A DNA stretch of 64,000 nucleotides, taken from the IMG/VR virus record IMGVR_UViG_3300029448_000018, positions 5,664-69,663 of that record; one strand, written 5' to 3'. A program made the position numbers and the translations under genes. The stretch's first letter is position 1; every line of letters begins with the position of its first letter. The stretch comes from a virus. The notes below the pieces were generated by a model that searched no databases, was not told the DNA's origin, and saw only the letters and a list, made by a program, of their open reading frames with translations. Shown here piece after piece: positions 17,574 through 28,800 of this stretch.

Positions 17574-19169
17574 ATGCCAGTAGTATTTTCACCCGGCGAG
17601 CCTGAAACAAGGCCACTCGACCCTACTGCTACTGTGTACACAACCGCCCAAAAAGTCGCTGATTTACTTGACATAAGCCCCACCGATGCGGTGTTAATGT
17701 CTGCCGATGGTGATGCCAACGCTGTGTACATCACAGGGACAGACCTACGCAATCATGGTTTTTCTGTTGGTGATAAAGTAAGAATTTACAGCGATGCTGA
17801 CCCATTTGGAAAAGAAGATTTAGAAATATCAGCCATAGGTGCAAGTACAGGCGGAGATACTGCTGGTACTGGGCATGTCAAAATTACGTTTACAACCTCA
17901 CCTATTACAGCATCAGAATATCAAGTAGCAGATAATGGCTACATTCAGAATCAAGCGTCGTTTACGAACGGCAAAACTCGTGGTGTAACGAAAGACAAAG
18001 TAGACCACGTTATACAAAGAATGCAAGACCGCATTGACAACATTACTCACAACGCATGGCGACCATATCTCGTTAGTGCAGAATACATTAACTTCGATAC
18101 TTACAAGCCATACCGACGACGGTACTATACTGACTATGTAGGTACTGCACCTCTCTTGTTCCGTAACGTACAACAAATTCTACGTATTGAATTATGGCAA
18201 GGTGATGACTATCGAGAAATCGGTGCGGCGGAAGTAAGAATAAAAATTCCAGAAGATGTAAATGCAATTACAGGTTCAATCTATATGTCTCCCGGTAATG
18301 GTACTGCAAGTGTAGTTACACTTGCACCCGGTACAGGTACTAATCAATGGAGAGCCGATTTCGATTCTACAACAACTGCACAAAACTTGGCTGACTTGTT
18401 TAACAAGGAGGACCGTGTAAGTAAGACCGCAGTAGATTTCAGTCCTGCGTTTACATTAGAAGGTTCAACATCTAATGTAGCAGTACATAACGAATTTTTA
18501 GCATCAGCAAACTCCGATTTAGGTACTGGTACGGTGAAAGTAACTTCTATGAGAGGCGTGAAGGCTGGAGAATCTTGTAGTATCGTAACAACGGATTCAA
18601 ATATTCAACTCGACCAAACAACTTCTGCTTCTACTACGTTCTCAAGTCTTGACTCTACAACAGTCAATGTTGCCTCTACTACAGACTTTGTACACGCTGG
18701 TGTTGCAGTAGATGCAAGCGGTGATGTATTCCGATATACAGGAAAGACCGCTACATCCTTTACAGGATGCGTTGCTGTAACAGGGAGTTTGGGTGCTATT
18801 ACAGGTGCTATCACACAAAACTCTCTACTTGTAGACCTACAAGGTGGTTCAAGTAGCGGCGACGTAGGACGACTACGAGACTGGTGGCTCGACCCGGAAA
18901 TGGGTATCATTTACTTCAACAACTCCTATCCGTTCTTTGAATGGAATGCAATTAAGGTGGCTTATATTTACGGTGAACGTTACTTAGAAAAGGCGATAGA
19001 AGATATATGCACCAAGATGGTTGCTATTGAATTACTCATGGCTGATGACCGTTCAGTACTCATTCCAGAAGGAACGCAAAACATAGACTTGACCAGTAAA
19101 ATTCAACTTTACCAGTCTGAAATAGACAGAACGTTGCCTAAGTACATCGAATTGGTGGTGTTCTCCTAA
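17574..19169 (+). CDS. Head-tail connector/adaptor with inserted beta domains
   Basis: YTTAQKVADLL...RIDNIT..AW and IKVAYIYG...IEDICTKMVA resemble gp15/gp6-type adaptors. Position after the capsid cluster and GGGAGGG RBS. Confidence 0.6.
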   Translation: MPVVFSPGEPETRPLDPTATVYTTAQKVADLLDISPTDAVLMSADGDANAVYITGTDLRNHGFSVGDKVRIYSDADPFGKEDLEISAIGASTGGDTAGTGHVKITFTTSPITASEYQVADNGYIQNQASFTNGKTRGVTKDKVDHVIQRMQDRIDNITHNAWRPYLVSAEYINFDTYKPYRRRYYTDYVGTAPLLFRNVQQILRIELWQGDDYREIGAAEVRIKIPEDVNAITGSIYMSPGNGTASVVTLAPGTGTNQWRADFDSTTTAQNLADLFNKEDRVSKTAVDFSPAFTLEGSTSNVAVHNEFLASANSDLGTGTVKVTSMRGVKAGESCSIVTTDSNIQLDQTTSASTTFSSLDSTTVNVASTTDFVHAGVAVDASGDVFRYTGKTATSFTGCVAVTGSLGAITGAITQNSLLVDLQGGSSSGDVGRLRDWWLDPEMGIIYFNNSYPFFEWNAIKVAYIYGERYLEKAIEDICTKMVAIELLMADDRSVLIPEGTQNIDLTSKIQLYQSEIDRTLPKYIELVVFS

Positions 19170-19597
19170 TGCGTATGAGTGATGATATAAGTTTTAGAAA
19201 AACTGGAAGAGAATATCATAACATTACAAATGAAATGTTAATCAATGATATTACTTTTCAAAAGGAAACTAAAGAAATAGCGTTGAATACTCCGCCCGAT
19301 TTAAGAGATAAAATGGAAAGTATTGAAGCAGGGGCTATGGGATTTAGAATTAAAGATGGTGTGTTAGTAAATATAGCAAATGAACCTCTTAACGCCATAG
19401 AAGAAAGGCAACTTAAAGAAGCAACAGACAAGAGAATGTTTGAAGTAAGCCCTTTTTTACGAGAACAGGGATTACGATATGTAAATGGAAAAATAGAATT
19501 AAAATCATTTGATGAAACAGTAAAGGATGCTAAGACTCGAACTACTGTTAAGAATGACGGTGCAGGTGCATACAGAAGCATGGAACTGGTGGACTGA
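19169..19597 (+). CDS. Hypothetical protein (neck region)
   Basis: AT-rich 142-aa ORF with TAATG overlap. Confidence 0.55.
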   Translation: MRMSDDISFRKTGREYHNITNEMLINDITFQKETKEIALNTPPDLRDKMESIEAGAMGFRIKDGVLVNIANEPLNAIEERQLKEATDKRMFEVSPFLREQGLRYVNGKIELKSFDETVKDAKTRTTVKNDGAGAYRSMELVD

Positions 19598-19601
19598 TAC
19601 T

Positions 19602-20051
19602 ATGGTTGCAACATGGACAGAAGGACTTGATGCTCTTATCAGTATTTTCAAAACTGATTGGAATCGAGGCAACACGGGTAATTACAGACCAGTAGTTCTC
19701 GACATTACAGATACGGGTCCTGAGCATGGAAAGCGTCTTGACTTGCAAAAGCATGATTTCGTGCTATGTTACGAAACGGCGCACAACGAAGAAGCACCAG
19801 AATTATTCTATGATTTCGTTACGACACGCATAAATATAACCGTAGACGTAAGAACTGTTAAAGGGAGGAAGCATCTGCAATTACTTGAGAACGAGATTCG
19901 TAGACTGGTTCACTCAAAAAGAAAGGGGGATGGGACAAACTTTGACAGACTTGTTTTCAAAACTCGAACTGACTTATCTGACCGCAGTAAAATCCTTTTC
20001 CGAATGACATTTCAAATAGAAGTCGTAATATTAGCAGAATTAATACCATAG
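19602..20051 (+). CDS. Putative tail terminator / completion protein
   Basis: Size and position just upstream of the tail tube. Start MVATW after GGTGG. Confidence 0.5.
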   Translation: MVATWTEGLDALISIFKTDWNRGNTGNYRPVVLDITDTGPEHGKRLDLQKHDFVLCYETAHNEEAPELFYDFVTTRINITVDVRTVKGRKHLQLLENEIRRLVHSKRKGDGTNFDRLVFKTRTDLSDRSKILFRMTFQIEVVILAELIP

Positions 20052-20061
20052 GTGAAGAAGA

Positions 20062-22209
20062 ATGCCATCAACAGTATACAAGGGAGATGTTTCAGAAGTA
20101 GCGTTTGCGCCTGAAACGGGTTTAGACATAATAGATAACGTTGATTGCCAATTTGCACTCACGAATGCTAACGGTGTAACTACAATTCGATTTAGCGCAG
20201 AAGCAAATACTACTTTATTTGAAGAAAATACAAGTAAACTAAAATATCCTAAAAACGCTCTTGTTGGTTCTCAACTCACATTCAAAGGTATAGATGATGG
20301 AAAAATATTTACCATTATTGAAAACGATGGGCAAACAATAAAAATTAGTCCCGCTGTATCAAGTACAATTGTTACTTCTAATGATGTACTTTCAATTCTA
20401 CCTTACAAGACACCACCAATGGACACCGCTGGACATACTGAAAGAAACGAGACATTCACAGTAGGAAGTGGTTCTTTTGATGACGACCCTACAATTACAC
20501 ATGCTTCTTCTACTGCAATTGCAGTAGGAATGATAGTTACAGCAACCGGAGGTTCTGGAAGCGGGGCAATACCTACTGGTGCATATGTTGCATCGGTAAC
20601 AGACGCAACACATTTTGAATTATCAGTTTCTACTACGGGTGGTGCAAAATCTAGTGCTACTCTTACATTCACAAAATCGGATGGTGCTACAAGCACACCT
20701 TCTGAATCACTTCTTATTGACCAATTTTTGGGTATTGCGAATGCAATTGTACTCCCTGAAACAAAAGTCGATTTGAAGCGTTACCACGTAGTAGGACTTG
20801 GCCGTGATACATCTGTACAAGTTCCCGGTAAATTCACTACAGAAGGGGGTTCATTTGAAGTCAACCTCCATTCAGCACGATGGCTAAAATACTGTTTGGG
20901 TAATGAATTAGTAGGAACTATTGGTACATCAGGTACAGCAACAACACTATCAGCAAAGGCTCATGCTGGTCAATCGCTTGTTAATCTTGCCGCTACTGCA
21001 AATGCAGGTGTAGGAAGGTATCTTTTATTCAAAGACACAAATAATCCAGTAGACCATGCTTCCGCTGGTGATGGAAGCCCAACCGTAGACATCGTTTCAG
21101 ACCATGCGGCTACACAAGGTGAATGGGATGGCACAATAGACGATAGAGACTTTGACCAAGCAAACGGGTATGAAATTCGACGTATCATTGGTGTAGCGCA
21201 AACGGCTAACACGTATGTATATCTTGACCAACCACTTACATTTTCACATGAAAGTGGTTCTGATGTACAGATTTTTGAATACGACAATAGTGCATTAGCA
21301 AGCACGAATGCCCCTGCAATAGCATCAAATGGTACAATTACTAATCCTATCACTCACTTGATTTACAGTCGAAGTATTTTGCCTTCATTTAGTATTGAAG
21401 TTTCACAACGAAGAAGTGATGTAGACAGCAGTACTATAGTAGACGGTTCAATAGCAGATACAAAAGACCTCACACGTATCTTTAGAGGGTGTAAAGTATC
21501 TGATTTCACACTAACAACCGATAACGATGCGGCACTACGACTGTCTGTAAACTTTAATGCGGCTCTATGTTTTACTGATACAGGTCGATTAGAAACCGCT
21601 AACACAAGTACAAGTCGATATAACCCTCATCGAATGTTTGATGATACAGCGAATACCGCTATTAACCGATTGAAATCAGGTATTGGTATTGGCACACAAA
21701 AACCATTTATGTTTTACAATGGACAAATCAAAGTTGCTGGTCAAACTGTGGCTCAAGTGCATAACTTTTCATTGACTGGTCAAACTGGAGTACAAGCATT
21801 CCATACGATTAACAACACAAGTATTGCAACAGGTTCAGCCGATTCTCAAGTTCCATTCGCTGGTTCCCGCAACGCTTCTATTATGGTTGAGGGACAGACC
21901 TCGTATGAAATGACTATGGAAATCGTAGTCGATGACCCAATCTTCTATCATAAGATGCGCTCACAGACTGAATTTAGTGTAAATTCAGAAGGTGCTACAA
22001 CCAATCAAATCATCATTGAATTTGAAAAGCAAGCAAGAGGCACTACTGCCGCTGACGCTACAGAAAAATTGGTCGTTCTCATAGACGAATACTACATTGT
22101 AGAAGCACCAATGCAAATTCCAGAAGATAAAGGTGTAATGAAGAGTACAATGAAGATTATGCCTAAAGCAATTAAGGTTCTATCCCGTGATACAATTCTA
22201 AAATATTGA
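20062..22209 (+). CDS. Major tail (tube) protein with inserted domains
   Basis: N-terminal YKG..SEVAFAPE, LKYCLG, PSFSIE, RIFRGCKVSDFTL and PFMFYNG, typical of archaeal-virus tail tubes. Upstream of chaperones and tape measure. Confidence 0.7.
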   Translation: MPSTVYKGDVSEVAFAPETGLDIIDNVDCQFALTNANGVTTIRFSAEANTTLFEENTSKLKYPKNALVGSQLTFKGIDDGKIFTIIENDGQTIKISPAVSSTIVTSNDVLSILPYKTPPMDTAGHTERNETFTVGSGSFDDDPTITHASSTAIAVGMIVTATGGSGSGAIPTGAYVASVTDATHFELSVSTTGGAKSSATLTFTKSDGATSTPSESLLIDQFLGIANAIVLPETKVDLKRYHVVGLGRDTSVQVPGKFTTEGGSFEVNLHSARWLKYCLGNELVGTIGTSGTATTLSAKAHAGQSLVNLAATANAGVGRYLLFKDTNNPVDHASAGDGSPTVDIVSDHAATQGEWDGTIDDRDFDQANGYEIRRIIGVAQTANTYVYLDQPLTFSHESGSDVQIFEYDNSALASTNAPAIASNGTITNPITHLIYSRSILPSFSIEVSQRRSDVDSSTIVDGSIADTKDLTRIFRGCKVSDFTLTTDNDAALRLSVNFNAALCFTDTGRLETANTSTSRYNPHRMFDDTANTAINRLKSGIGIGTQKPFMFYNGQIKVAGQTVAQVHNFSLTGQTGVQAFHTINNTSIATGSADSQVPFAGSRNASIMVEGQTSYEMTMEIVVDDPIFYHKMRSQTEFSVNSEGATTNQIIIEFEKQARGTTAADATEKLVVLIDEYYIVEAPMQIPEDKGVMKSTMKIMPKAIKVLSRDTILKY

Positions 22210-22218
22210 GGTGAAAAT

Positions 22219-22740
22219 ATGTATACATCAACAAATCAATTTCGTCGTCTTGGTATTCAAGGATATGCTGAATGGGCTTGTATGCAGAACAATGTTCCAT
22301 TCGATGAAAGTGTTGTATTTACTGATATTGTTTCAGTCCACAATTGGATTATGCGACAACTAAATCCTACTTTAGAAGTAAAAGTAGAAGAAGAAGTACA
22401 GTCTGAACCTGTTCCTGTTCCTGTGGATGCCAATCCTTTCCCTACAGACCTACAACAATACGATTCTCTAACCGTTGCTGAACTACGTGAACTTTGTAAA
22501 GAGCGTGGATTACCAGTATACGGCACAAAAGCCGAGATTGTTTTGCGATTAAAGCAAAATGATGAAGGTATTATTCCCGAAGAGGAACCTGAAAGCCCTA
22601 CTGATGAAGTAGCCCTTGAAGGTGAATCGGAAGCCCCTACTGATGAAGTAGCCGCATCCAATGGAGAGGAAACTAATGAAGAAAACATTAACGGAGAACA
22701 AGAGCCTACTACTAAGGAACGACAAAGCAACGAAGCATGA
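22219..22740 (+). CDS. SAP-domain protein, acidic
   Basis: YDSLTVAELRELCKERGLPVYGTKAEIVLRL matches the SAP motif. PTDEVA is duplicated. Confidence 0.8.
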   Translation: MYTSTNQFRRLGIQGYAEWACMQNNVPFDESVVFTDIVSVHNWIMRQLNPTLEVKVEEEVQSEPVPVPVDANPFPTDLQQYDSLTVAELRELCKERGLPVYGTKAEIVLRLKQNDEGIIPEEEPESPTDEVALEGESEAPTDEVAASNGEETNEENINGEQEPTTKERQSNEA

Positions 22741-23050
22741 AATATCTACTGATAAAAACGACCCTTCACTTTTTATGGAAGTGTGGGTAAGGGATATTTC
22801 TTATTTCGATATACAGCAATCCGTTGAAAAACTACTAAACATTACTCAAAGCGGTGGAGTGAAATTCAATCTCCAAGCCTACTGGCAATACGCTTTCTCA
22901 CATTGGATAGAAAAAACAAATCCTGAACTAACCGTAAGCGAACTGCTTAATTTAAACGGTTATGTTGGCGACCAAATTTCAAAGGTTTTACCAAAACCAA
23001 ATGAAATTTTGGAGGATATAACTGGAAATTTTACCAACGAGACAGAATAA
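22676..23050 (+). CDS. Tail assembly chaperone (lambda gpG analogue)
   Basis: GGAGAGG RBS before ATG 22676. Lies between tube and tape measure and ends just after a slippery site. Confidence 0.7.
   Translation: MKKTLTENKSLLLRNDKATKHEISTDKNDPSLFMEVWVRDISYFDIQQSVEKLLNITQSGGVKFNLQAYWQYAFSHWIEKTNPELTVSELLNLNGYVGDQISKVLPKPNEILEDITGNFTNETE
23026..23032 (+). promoter_or_regulatory. -1 programmed ribosomal frameshift site A AAT TTT
   Basis: X XXY YYZ heptamer in the chaperone reading frame. The -1 frame is open to the tape-measure start. Confidence 0.8.
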
Positions 23051-23343
23051 TTGTCTCGAATTATCTTGAACGAAAAAACAAAGACCCAATTCAAAATTAC
23101 GAATTACAAATACAAGAATGGGCTTACATAATATCTCAACATTACAACATATCATTAGGTGAAGTATATGAACTGCCAAAAAGTATCTTCAAACAGTCCT
23201 TAGTATGGGCTAACATAGCAGAAGAACAGAAGCGTCAAAGGCAAATAAAACAAGAGGAAGAAAGACGACTCCAACAAAAAGCAGGAACAAGGGAAATTGT
23301 ACGATTGGATTACGACTTTAATGAACTGGATGAATTACTATGA
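23032..23343 (+). CDS. Frameshifted C-terminal part of tail chaperone (gpGT analogue), 103 aa with no ATG of its own
   Basis: YQRDRIIVSNYLERK...EWAYIISQHYNISLGEVYELP...NELDELL*. Its stop overlaps the tape-measure ATG. Confidence 0.75.
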   Translation, partial: YQRDRIIVSNYLERKNKDPIQNYELQIQEWAYIISQHYNISLGEVYELPKSIFKQSLVWANIAEEQKRQRQIKQEEERRLQQKAGTREIVRLDYDFNELDELL

Positions 23344-24596
23344 CCGCATTAGCCGCAATCACTTCTATGGCACAATCTGCCAAAGCAATAGGACCTGCTT
23401 TTCAAATGGCTGGTCAAATGATGAAACAAGCCATTTCTGACTTATGGACTTGGTTTAAAACGAAATTTATCGACCCTGTAATGAATGGAATATCAGAAAT
23501 AGGTGATTTTTTTGACAAGATTATGAACCCTATTGAAACTATGAAGGAATCTTTGTTTGGAACGTTTGATAAATCTATTGATAAAGCCGCTGTATTAGAA
23601 GAAGCAGTATTAAGTGCATTTAACAAAGAATGGGACCAAATGTTGCATTTAGATGAGCGACCTGAATGGATGGATGAGGCCACTTGGCAAGAATTACAAC
23701 TACAGTCCTCGCTTATGGCCGACCAAGAATGGGATGGTATGTTAAACCTTCAAGATGGTAAACCTGATTGGATGACAAATGAACTTTGGGACACACTTAA
23801 GAAGAAAGGTAAGGATGCCGCACAACAAGAGTGGTATTCATATTTTACTCCCGATAAGGAAAAGCCTGATTGGATGGATGAAGAAACATGGACTAACTTA
23901 AAGGAAAAATCAGCAGGTGCGGCAAACCAAGACTGGGACACATTTCTACACCGTACAGGAGAAAAACCTGATTGGATGACTGATGAAACTTGGGAAAACC
24001 TGAATACAAAAATAGCCACAGAAGGTGAAAATGGTGTTAAATCAATTGAAAATGCTTGGGATGGGCTGATTACGGACAGCGATGAACCTGATTGGTCAAA
24101 AGAAACCTTTTGGCAAGAGGTTTCGGGTCAAATTAAAACAGAAATCGAACTTGCGTTTGAACATATAAAACTAGAAGGACTAAAATTATCACAAGACCTA
24201 ATTAAAATGTTTACGAAACCATTTTCTATGCTCCAAAAAATGGGGGGTGGTTTTGTTGATACACTTACCGCAGATTTTGCTGGTGATTATAGTGGTCCAA
24301 GCGGCGGCGCACCCGGTATGCCATTTAGTCAAGGTGGTATAGCGACAGGGCCAGCAACAGGTTATCCCGCTACTCTACACGGTACAGAAGCGATTGTACC
24401 ACTATCAGGAGGTCGTAGCATTCCAGTAGAAATGAAAGGCGGGGGCGGTGGCGGTACTGTAAACGTCGTAGTAAATGCCAGTGGTATTACAGACCGTACC
24501 GATAAGCGACAATTAGCACGAGAGATTGGTAATATGATTCAGCAAGAAATGTCAAGAAGTATCGGTGGTACGACTATGCGGGGGCGGTATAGTTGA
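23340..24596 (+). CDS. Tape measure protein (short, 418 aa)
   Basis: Follows the G/GT pair. Trp-periodic repeats and C-terminal FSQGGIATGP..GYPATLHGTEAIVPL motif typical of tape-measure ends. Confidence 0.75.
   Translation: MTALAAITSMAQSAKAIGPAFQMAGQMMKQAISDLWTWFKTKFIDPVMNGISEIGDFFDKIMNPIETMKESLFGTFDKSIDKAAVLEEAVLSAFNKEWDQMLHLDERPEWMDEATWQELQLQSSLMADQEWDGMLNLQDGKPDWMTNELWDTLKKKGKDAAQQEWYSYFTPDKEKPDWMDEETWTNLKEKSAGAANQDWDTFLHRTGEKPDWMTDETWENLNTKIATEGENGVKSIENAWDGLITDSDEPDWSKETFWQEVSGQIKTEIELAFEHIKLEGLKLSQDLIKMFTKPFSMLQKMGGGFVDTLTADFAGDYSGPSGGAPGMPFSQGGIATGPATGYPATLHGTEAIVPLSGGRSIPVEMKGGGGGGTVNVVVNASGITDRTDKRQLAREIGNMIQQEMSRSIGGTTMRGRYS
23628..24120 (+). repeat. 102-nt (34-aa) repeats x4 plus one degenerate copy in tape measure
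   Basis: The Pro codon of P[DE]W falls at 23661, 23763, 23865 and 23967 (102-nt spacing), then at 24087. Confidence 0.85.
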
Positions 24597-25825
24597 GTAC
24601 TGGTGCGAGTATGACCCCTGTGCGTTTGGTAAGCCAAAACGGTAAAACATACGCACTAAACTGTACTTCTATATCTATGGACATTGATAGAAAAATTGTA
24701 GCAATGCCTATGCCCTTTGCAGACAGTTATCGTATAACTGCTGATTTAAATTTAACCACAAGTGTAATCACTCTTGAAGGATATATTGTAGATAATGATG
24801 TGAGTGAAATAGATTTTACAAGAAATGCTTCTAGTTTTATCGACTTTGAAAGATTAGCAGATGGTCGAACATTAACTACTGCAACCGACTTTGCTGAAAA
24901 TATAGAGGCGTATCTAAATCAAGATGTAGCGAAAAATGTTCAGTTAAATAACCATACTTATTTTCAAAATTTTGGATTCCTTTTAGATGATGGTACGGGA
25001 GTACGTAAAAGTATAATGTTTGGTATCATAAGCGCACAATTTGTTGCTCATTCTATTTCAGGATTAGATTATGTATTGAGAGTACATGACGGTACAAGCG
25101 CACAAACAAATGCACAAATCGCCGCTAATTTAGTTGCATTACTCAATACATCTGATTTTTCAAAAATAACACCAAGTTCAGAAATAGGGCATAAAGGTGG
25201 TGCGGGTACAAAGGTCGTTATGACATACACTAATCCTCCAAGTGTCGGAGATGGAACAGGGGATTATGAAAATAATTTCACTCCCATTTGTACAGGAAAG
25301 GCTTGGGTAACTTCTGCTAATACTCCTAAATTATATTCAAGTCCATTTACTGGTGGAATTACTTCAAGTGCAACAAGTACAGGAAAAATGAGTGCTGGTG
25401 ATATGGTACAGCAACTTACCGCCATAATTGGTAATTCTAACAATGAATGGTGGAGTGTTGGAGATAGTGATTACATAAATGGCTTACAAATTCCATTTGT
25501 ATCAAAAAGAAATTTAGAAGAGGGAGAAGATTCTACTACACGATATTTTTATTCTCTAACTGGATATGATGTAGAAGATGGAGATGATGTTACTTTTTTA
25601 GCAATGTCGGGTACAGGAGATGTTGGAGATGAAGGCACTCTTGAAGGAGAAATATTTGCCGATTATGCAAAACCAGCAGGGACAAAATTTGAAGATAAGA
25701 GAAATGGAATAACATTTACAGGTATTAAGGCATTAGTAGACAAGGCGACATTTGTTCAAATGGGTGGAGAACCTAATATCTATTCATTCACTATTCTGAT
25801 GTTACCAACGAACCAAGTACTATGA
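24593..25825 (+). CDS. Putative distal tail / baseplate protein
   Basis: Immediately after the tape measure, with ITLEGYI motif and beta-rich composition. Confidence 0.5.
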   Translation: MSTGASMTPVRLVSQNGKTYALNCTSISMDIDRKIVAMPMPFADSYRITADLNLTTSVITLEGYIVDNDVSEIDFTRNASSFIDFERLADGRTLTTATDFAENIEAYLNQDVAKNVQLNNHTYFQNFGFLLDDGTGVRKSIMFGIISAQFVAHSISGLDYVLRVHDGTSAQTNAQIAANLVALLNTSDFSKITPSSEIGHKGGAGTKVVMTYTNPPSVGDGTGDYENNFTPICTGKAWVTSANTPKLYSSPFTGGITSSATSTGKMSAGDMVQQLTAIIGNSNNEWWSVGDSDYINGLQIPFVSKRNLEEGEDSTTRYFYSLTGYDVEDGDDVTFLAMSGTGDVGDEGTLEGEIFADYAKPAGTKFEDKRNGITFTGIKALVDKATFVQMGGEPNIYSFTILMLPTNQVL

Positions 25826-25834
25826 GATGATACT

Positions 25835-28800
25835 ATGGTTGCAATTGGCAGAACAAGTCATGCTTACTTCTTTGATGGAGTATCAGATTCTATCATTATA
25901 CCTCAAAGTCGATTTAATAGTACGGGTGTAGAGAGAAATGACAACAAATTGGCATTATCAACCCTATCTGATATTGAATTAGAAAACACAATTGGGAGTA
26001 TTTCAAATGCAGATTTCACTATTGAAGCATGGGTTATACCAGATTGTGGTGGTATTGTAGCAAAAAGAGATGGTCAATTTACATTAGAAATAGGTACAGT
26101 AGATACTGCTGGACCTGCAAAATTTACTTTATTTATGGAAACGGGAGTGGGAGTTCAAGCCATAGAAGTTACTTCTGCAACTCCTGAATCAAACCGCTGG
26201 AAAGGTACGGTATTCCCTTCTCAAGAATTTGGAGGAATACATGAATCATATAATAGATTTAACACTTCAAGTTACGGAGAGGCATCGGGATTAAATTTTA
26301 AGAACAGGCCGTTGTATCACGTAGTCGGTACTTGTATAAATAATTCAATTGAACTCTATGTCAATAATGTATTGATAGCAAAAGAAACCGTACCAGATTT
26401 TTATCGTATTTCAGACACTAATGGGCATGTATATCTTGGAGGAAAAGGTGGAGAGTTTAGAGGTGCTATTGAAAGTATACACTTTTCTAATTCAGCAGGA
26501 AGTAATATTTTTTCCAATGAAGCACCAACACTTGGAGATACAAGCACAGGAATGTACCGATTTGAAGAACCACTTGACATTGTAGAAACCGTATACACAA
26601 TGAATGCTGTTACTGCGGCTTCTAATGGTTCTACAACGACTATCACGATTGGTGCGTCTGATGCTCAAAGTTTAATTGCTAAATTAACTGGTAAAGCCTA
26701 TGATAGCAGTAGTCCTACAACAGACTTTACCGCTTCACCATACAGTATGGGTAAGTACGAAGTAAATGATTTCTATTCTACACCGGGTACTTCTGCTACA
26801 TTATCTATAGCACATACACCGTATAACTTGCTCATTAATGCTGGTTCCCTGAATCGTAATACGTTCAAGCCAAATCAAAAACCACCTGAAAGAGTGCGCT
26901 TGCATTCTATTAATGGCAGTAGTGGTGTCATTACCATTAGTAGTATTCACGTTGATTTTGTAAATGGTACGGGTGGACTACGTGGATTACTTCATTCACG
27001 AAGTGCTGATATTGACAATTACTTTGTCGTTGTTGGTGCTGATTTATTGGTCGATAACGGTACAGGAAAACCGTATCAACCACCTCATTATGGAACTCAA
27101 ATATTTGATAAAACAGGTCAAATGGTACTCGATGAAAGTGAAACTCAATCTCATGGATTAGTTTATTCATCAAGAATGGCTACAACGACTACTGATGCAA
27201 CTAATCCATTTGCTGTAGTGTGGCCTACTACTCTCGATGAATTGTTCCAAGTAGGGCATAGTGGCCGTCATGCATTATCTCATATTACTGGTCATGAATA
27301 TATGAGAAAGTTACCTAAACCTAACGCTATGTCTGTAGACCAAATAATGGATGGTTCTGCTGATTTAGTTTCTATGCATTACGATTCTTCTCAAAAGAAT
27401 CTAAGAGACACCATAAAAATGAATAGTTTGATTGATGTATATGCTGAAAATGTTCGTGGTGTAGTATCAAGTCATCTTAATAGCAGTTCTGTCGCATCGC
27501 TTGTAAATAATGGATTACCAGTAGCGGCAAGAGAACTTATTGCTATAGGTGGTGCTGGCTTTGAAATTAGACCGTTCTTTTTGAAAGGTCCTGTTCCTAA
27601 TAAGTATAACGATGAAAGTACCCGATTATATCACTTACGACCAGAAAAAGAATCTCGTATTGCATTACTAAAGGTTCCTGCCTTACAATCTTCTTATGAC
27701 CTTGCACCCTTTGTAGAAATACATTACAATGCAATAGATTTGACTGGTGCGAGTATGGGTATATCAGGTCCTATGCTTATGATAGAAAAAACTGTACCTG
27801 CCTGTTCTCACATTCTAAGCGGTTCTACACGGGTATTGGATGTAATAACATCTGATTTAGCGAATACAGAACTCTATTCAGCGGGTGGGATTGTAACATT
27901 AACTAAATTAAGTGGTAAGAGTTATGCTCTATTGAATGACGGACATTTAGTTGGTGATAATACTGGTGGTAATGAAGTTGATAATGAACTCGATTTTAGT
28001 AATACTCCAGCGGTATATACGCCTGTGAGTGATGTTTCAGCAGAACCAGCATCACCACCAAAAGCAATAAACAAGTCTCATAATTCAGGAAATCATGAAT
28101 CCGTGTATCATAGATTGATTTTAACACCAAGAAGAAATGATATTGCTACTACGTCTGCTACAAAGACAATGCGATTGAATGTTCATAAAACAAATTCTAC
28201 TGCTGGTCAATTCGATATAGGAACTACAAATCTTTCTGCTCATATGTTTGAAGTCTTTGATATAATAGACAATAAAGTATCACCTAATCTTGCCGAAGTA
28301 CAATTGTTTATTCAACCTTCTAACAAGAATCGCACCAATCAATTTCATAATCTTGTAGATTTGTTTTCTGATAATGATTCATTTTGTAGATTTAATTTAT
28401 TGCAATTAATTTCTCGTGGTACAGTAAGAAGCGTTAATGAATCGTTTGATGATTCTAATACACAACACACAGAAGTAATCATAAGAGGCATTGGTGAAAA
28501 AGTACTTTCCCAAAATGTCAATGTTACAGGAAGCGGTTCGCCTGATTCACACGTTGTAAAGGAAATAGAACCGAACTCACCTGTAGTAACAGTAACGCTT
28601 GGAGGACCCGGACAAGGTGCTGTAAACACTAAGCCGACCTTCGACCCTGCTACTCTCATGAGATTACCGGGTTCTACTCGCCGTATTTGTGCAGTACAAG
28701 CAGTTATAATAACAGCAAAAGAAGGTTCTAACGCAAATGTCAATACTATTACAGTACAACCATTAAACAATAATTCACCTGATATTGCTTCTTGGGGAAC

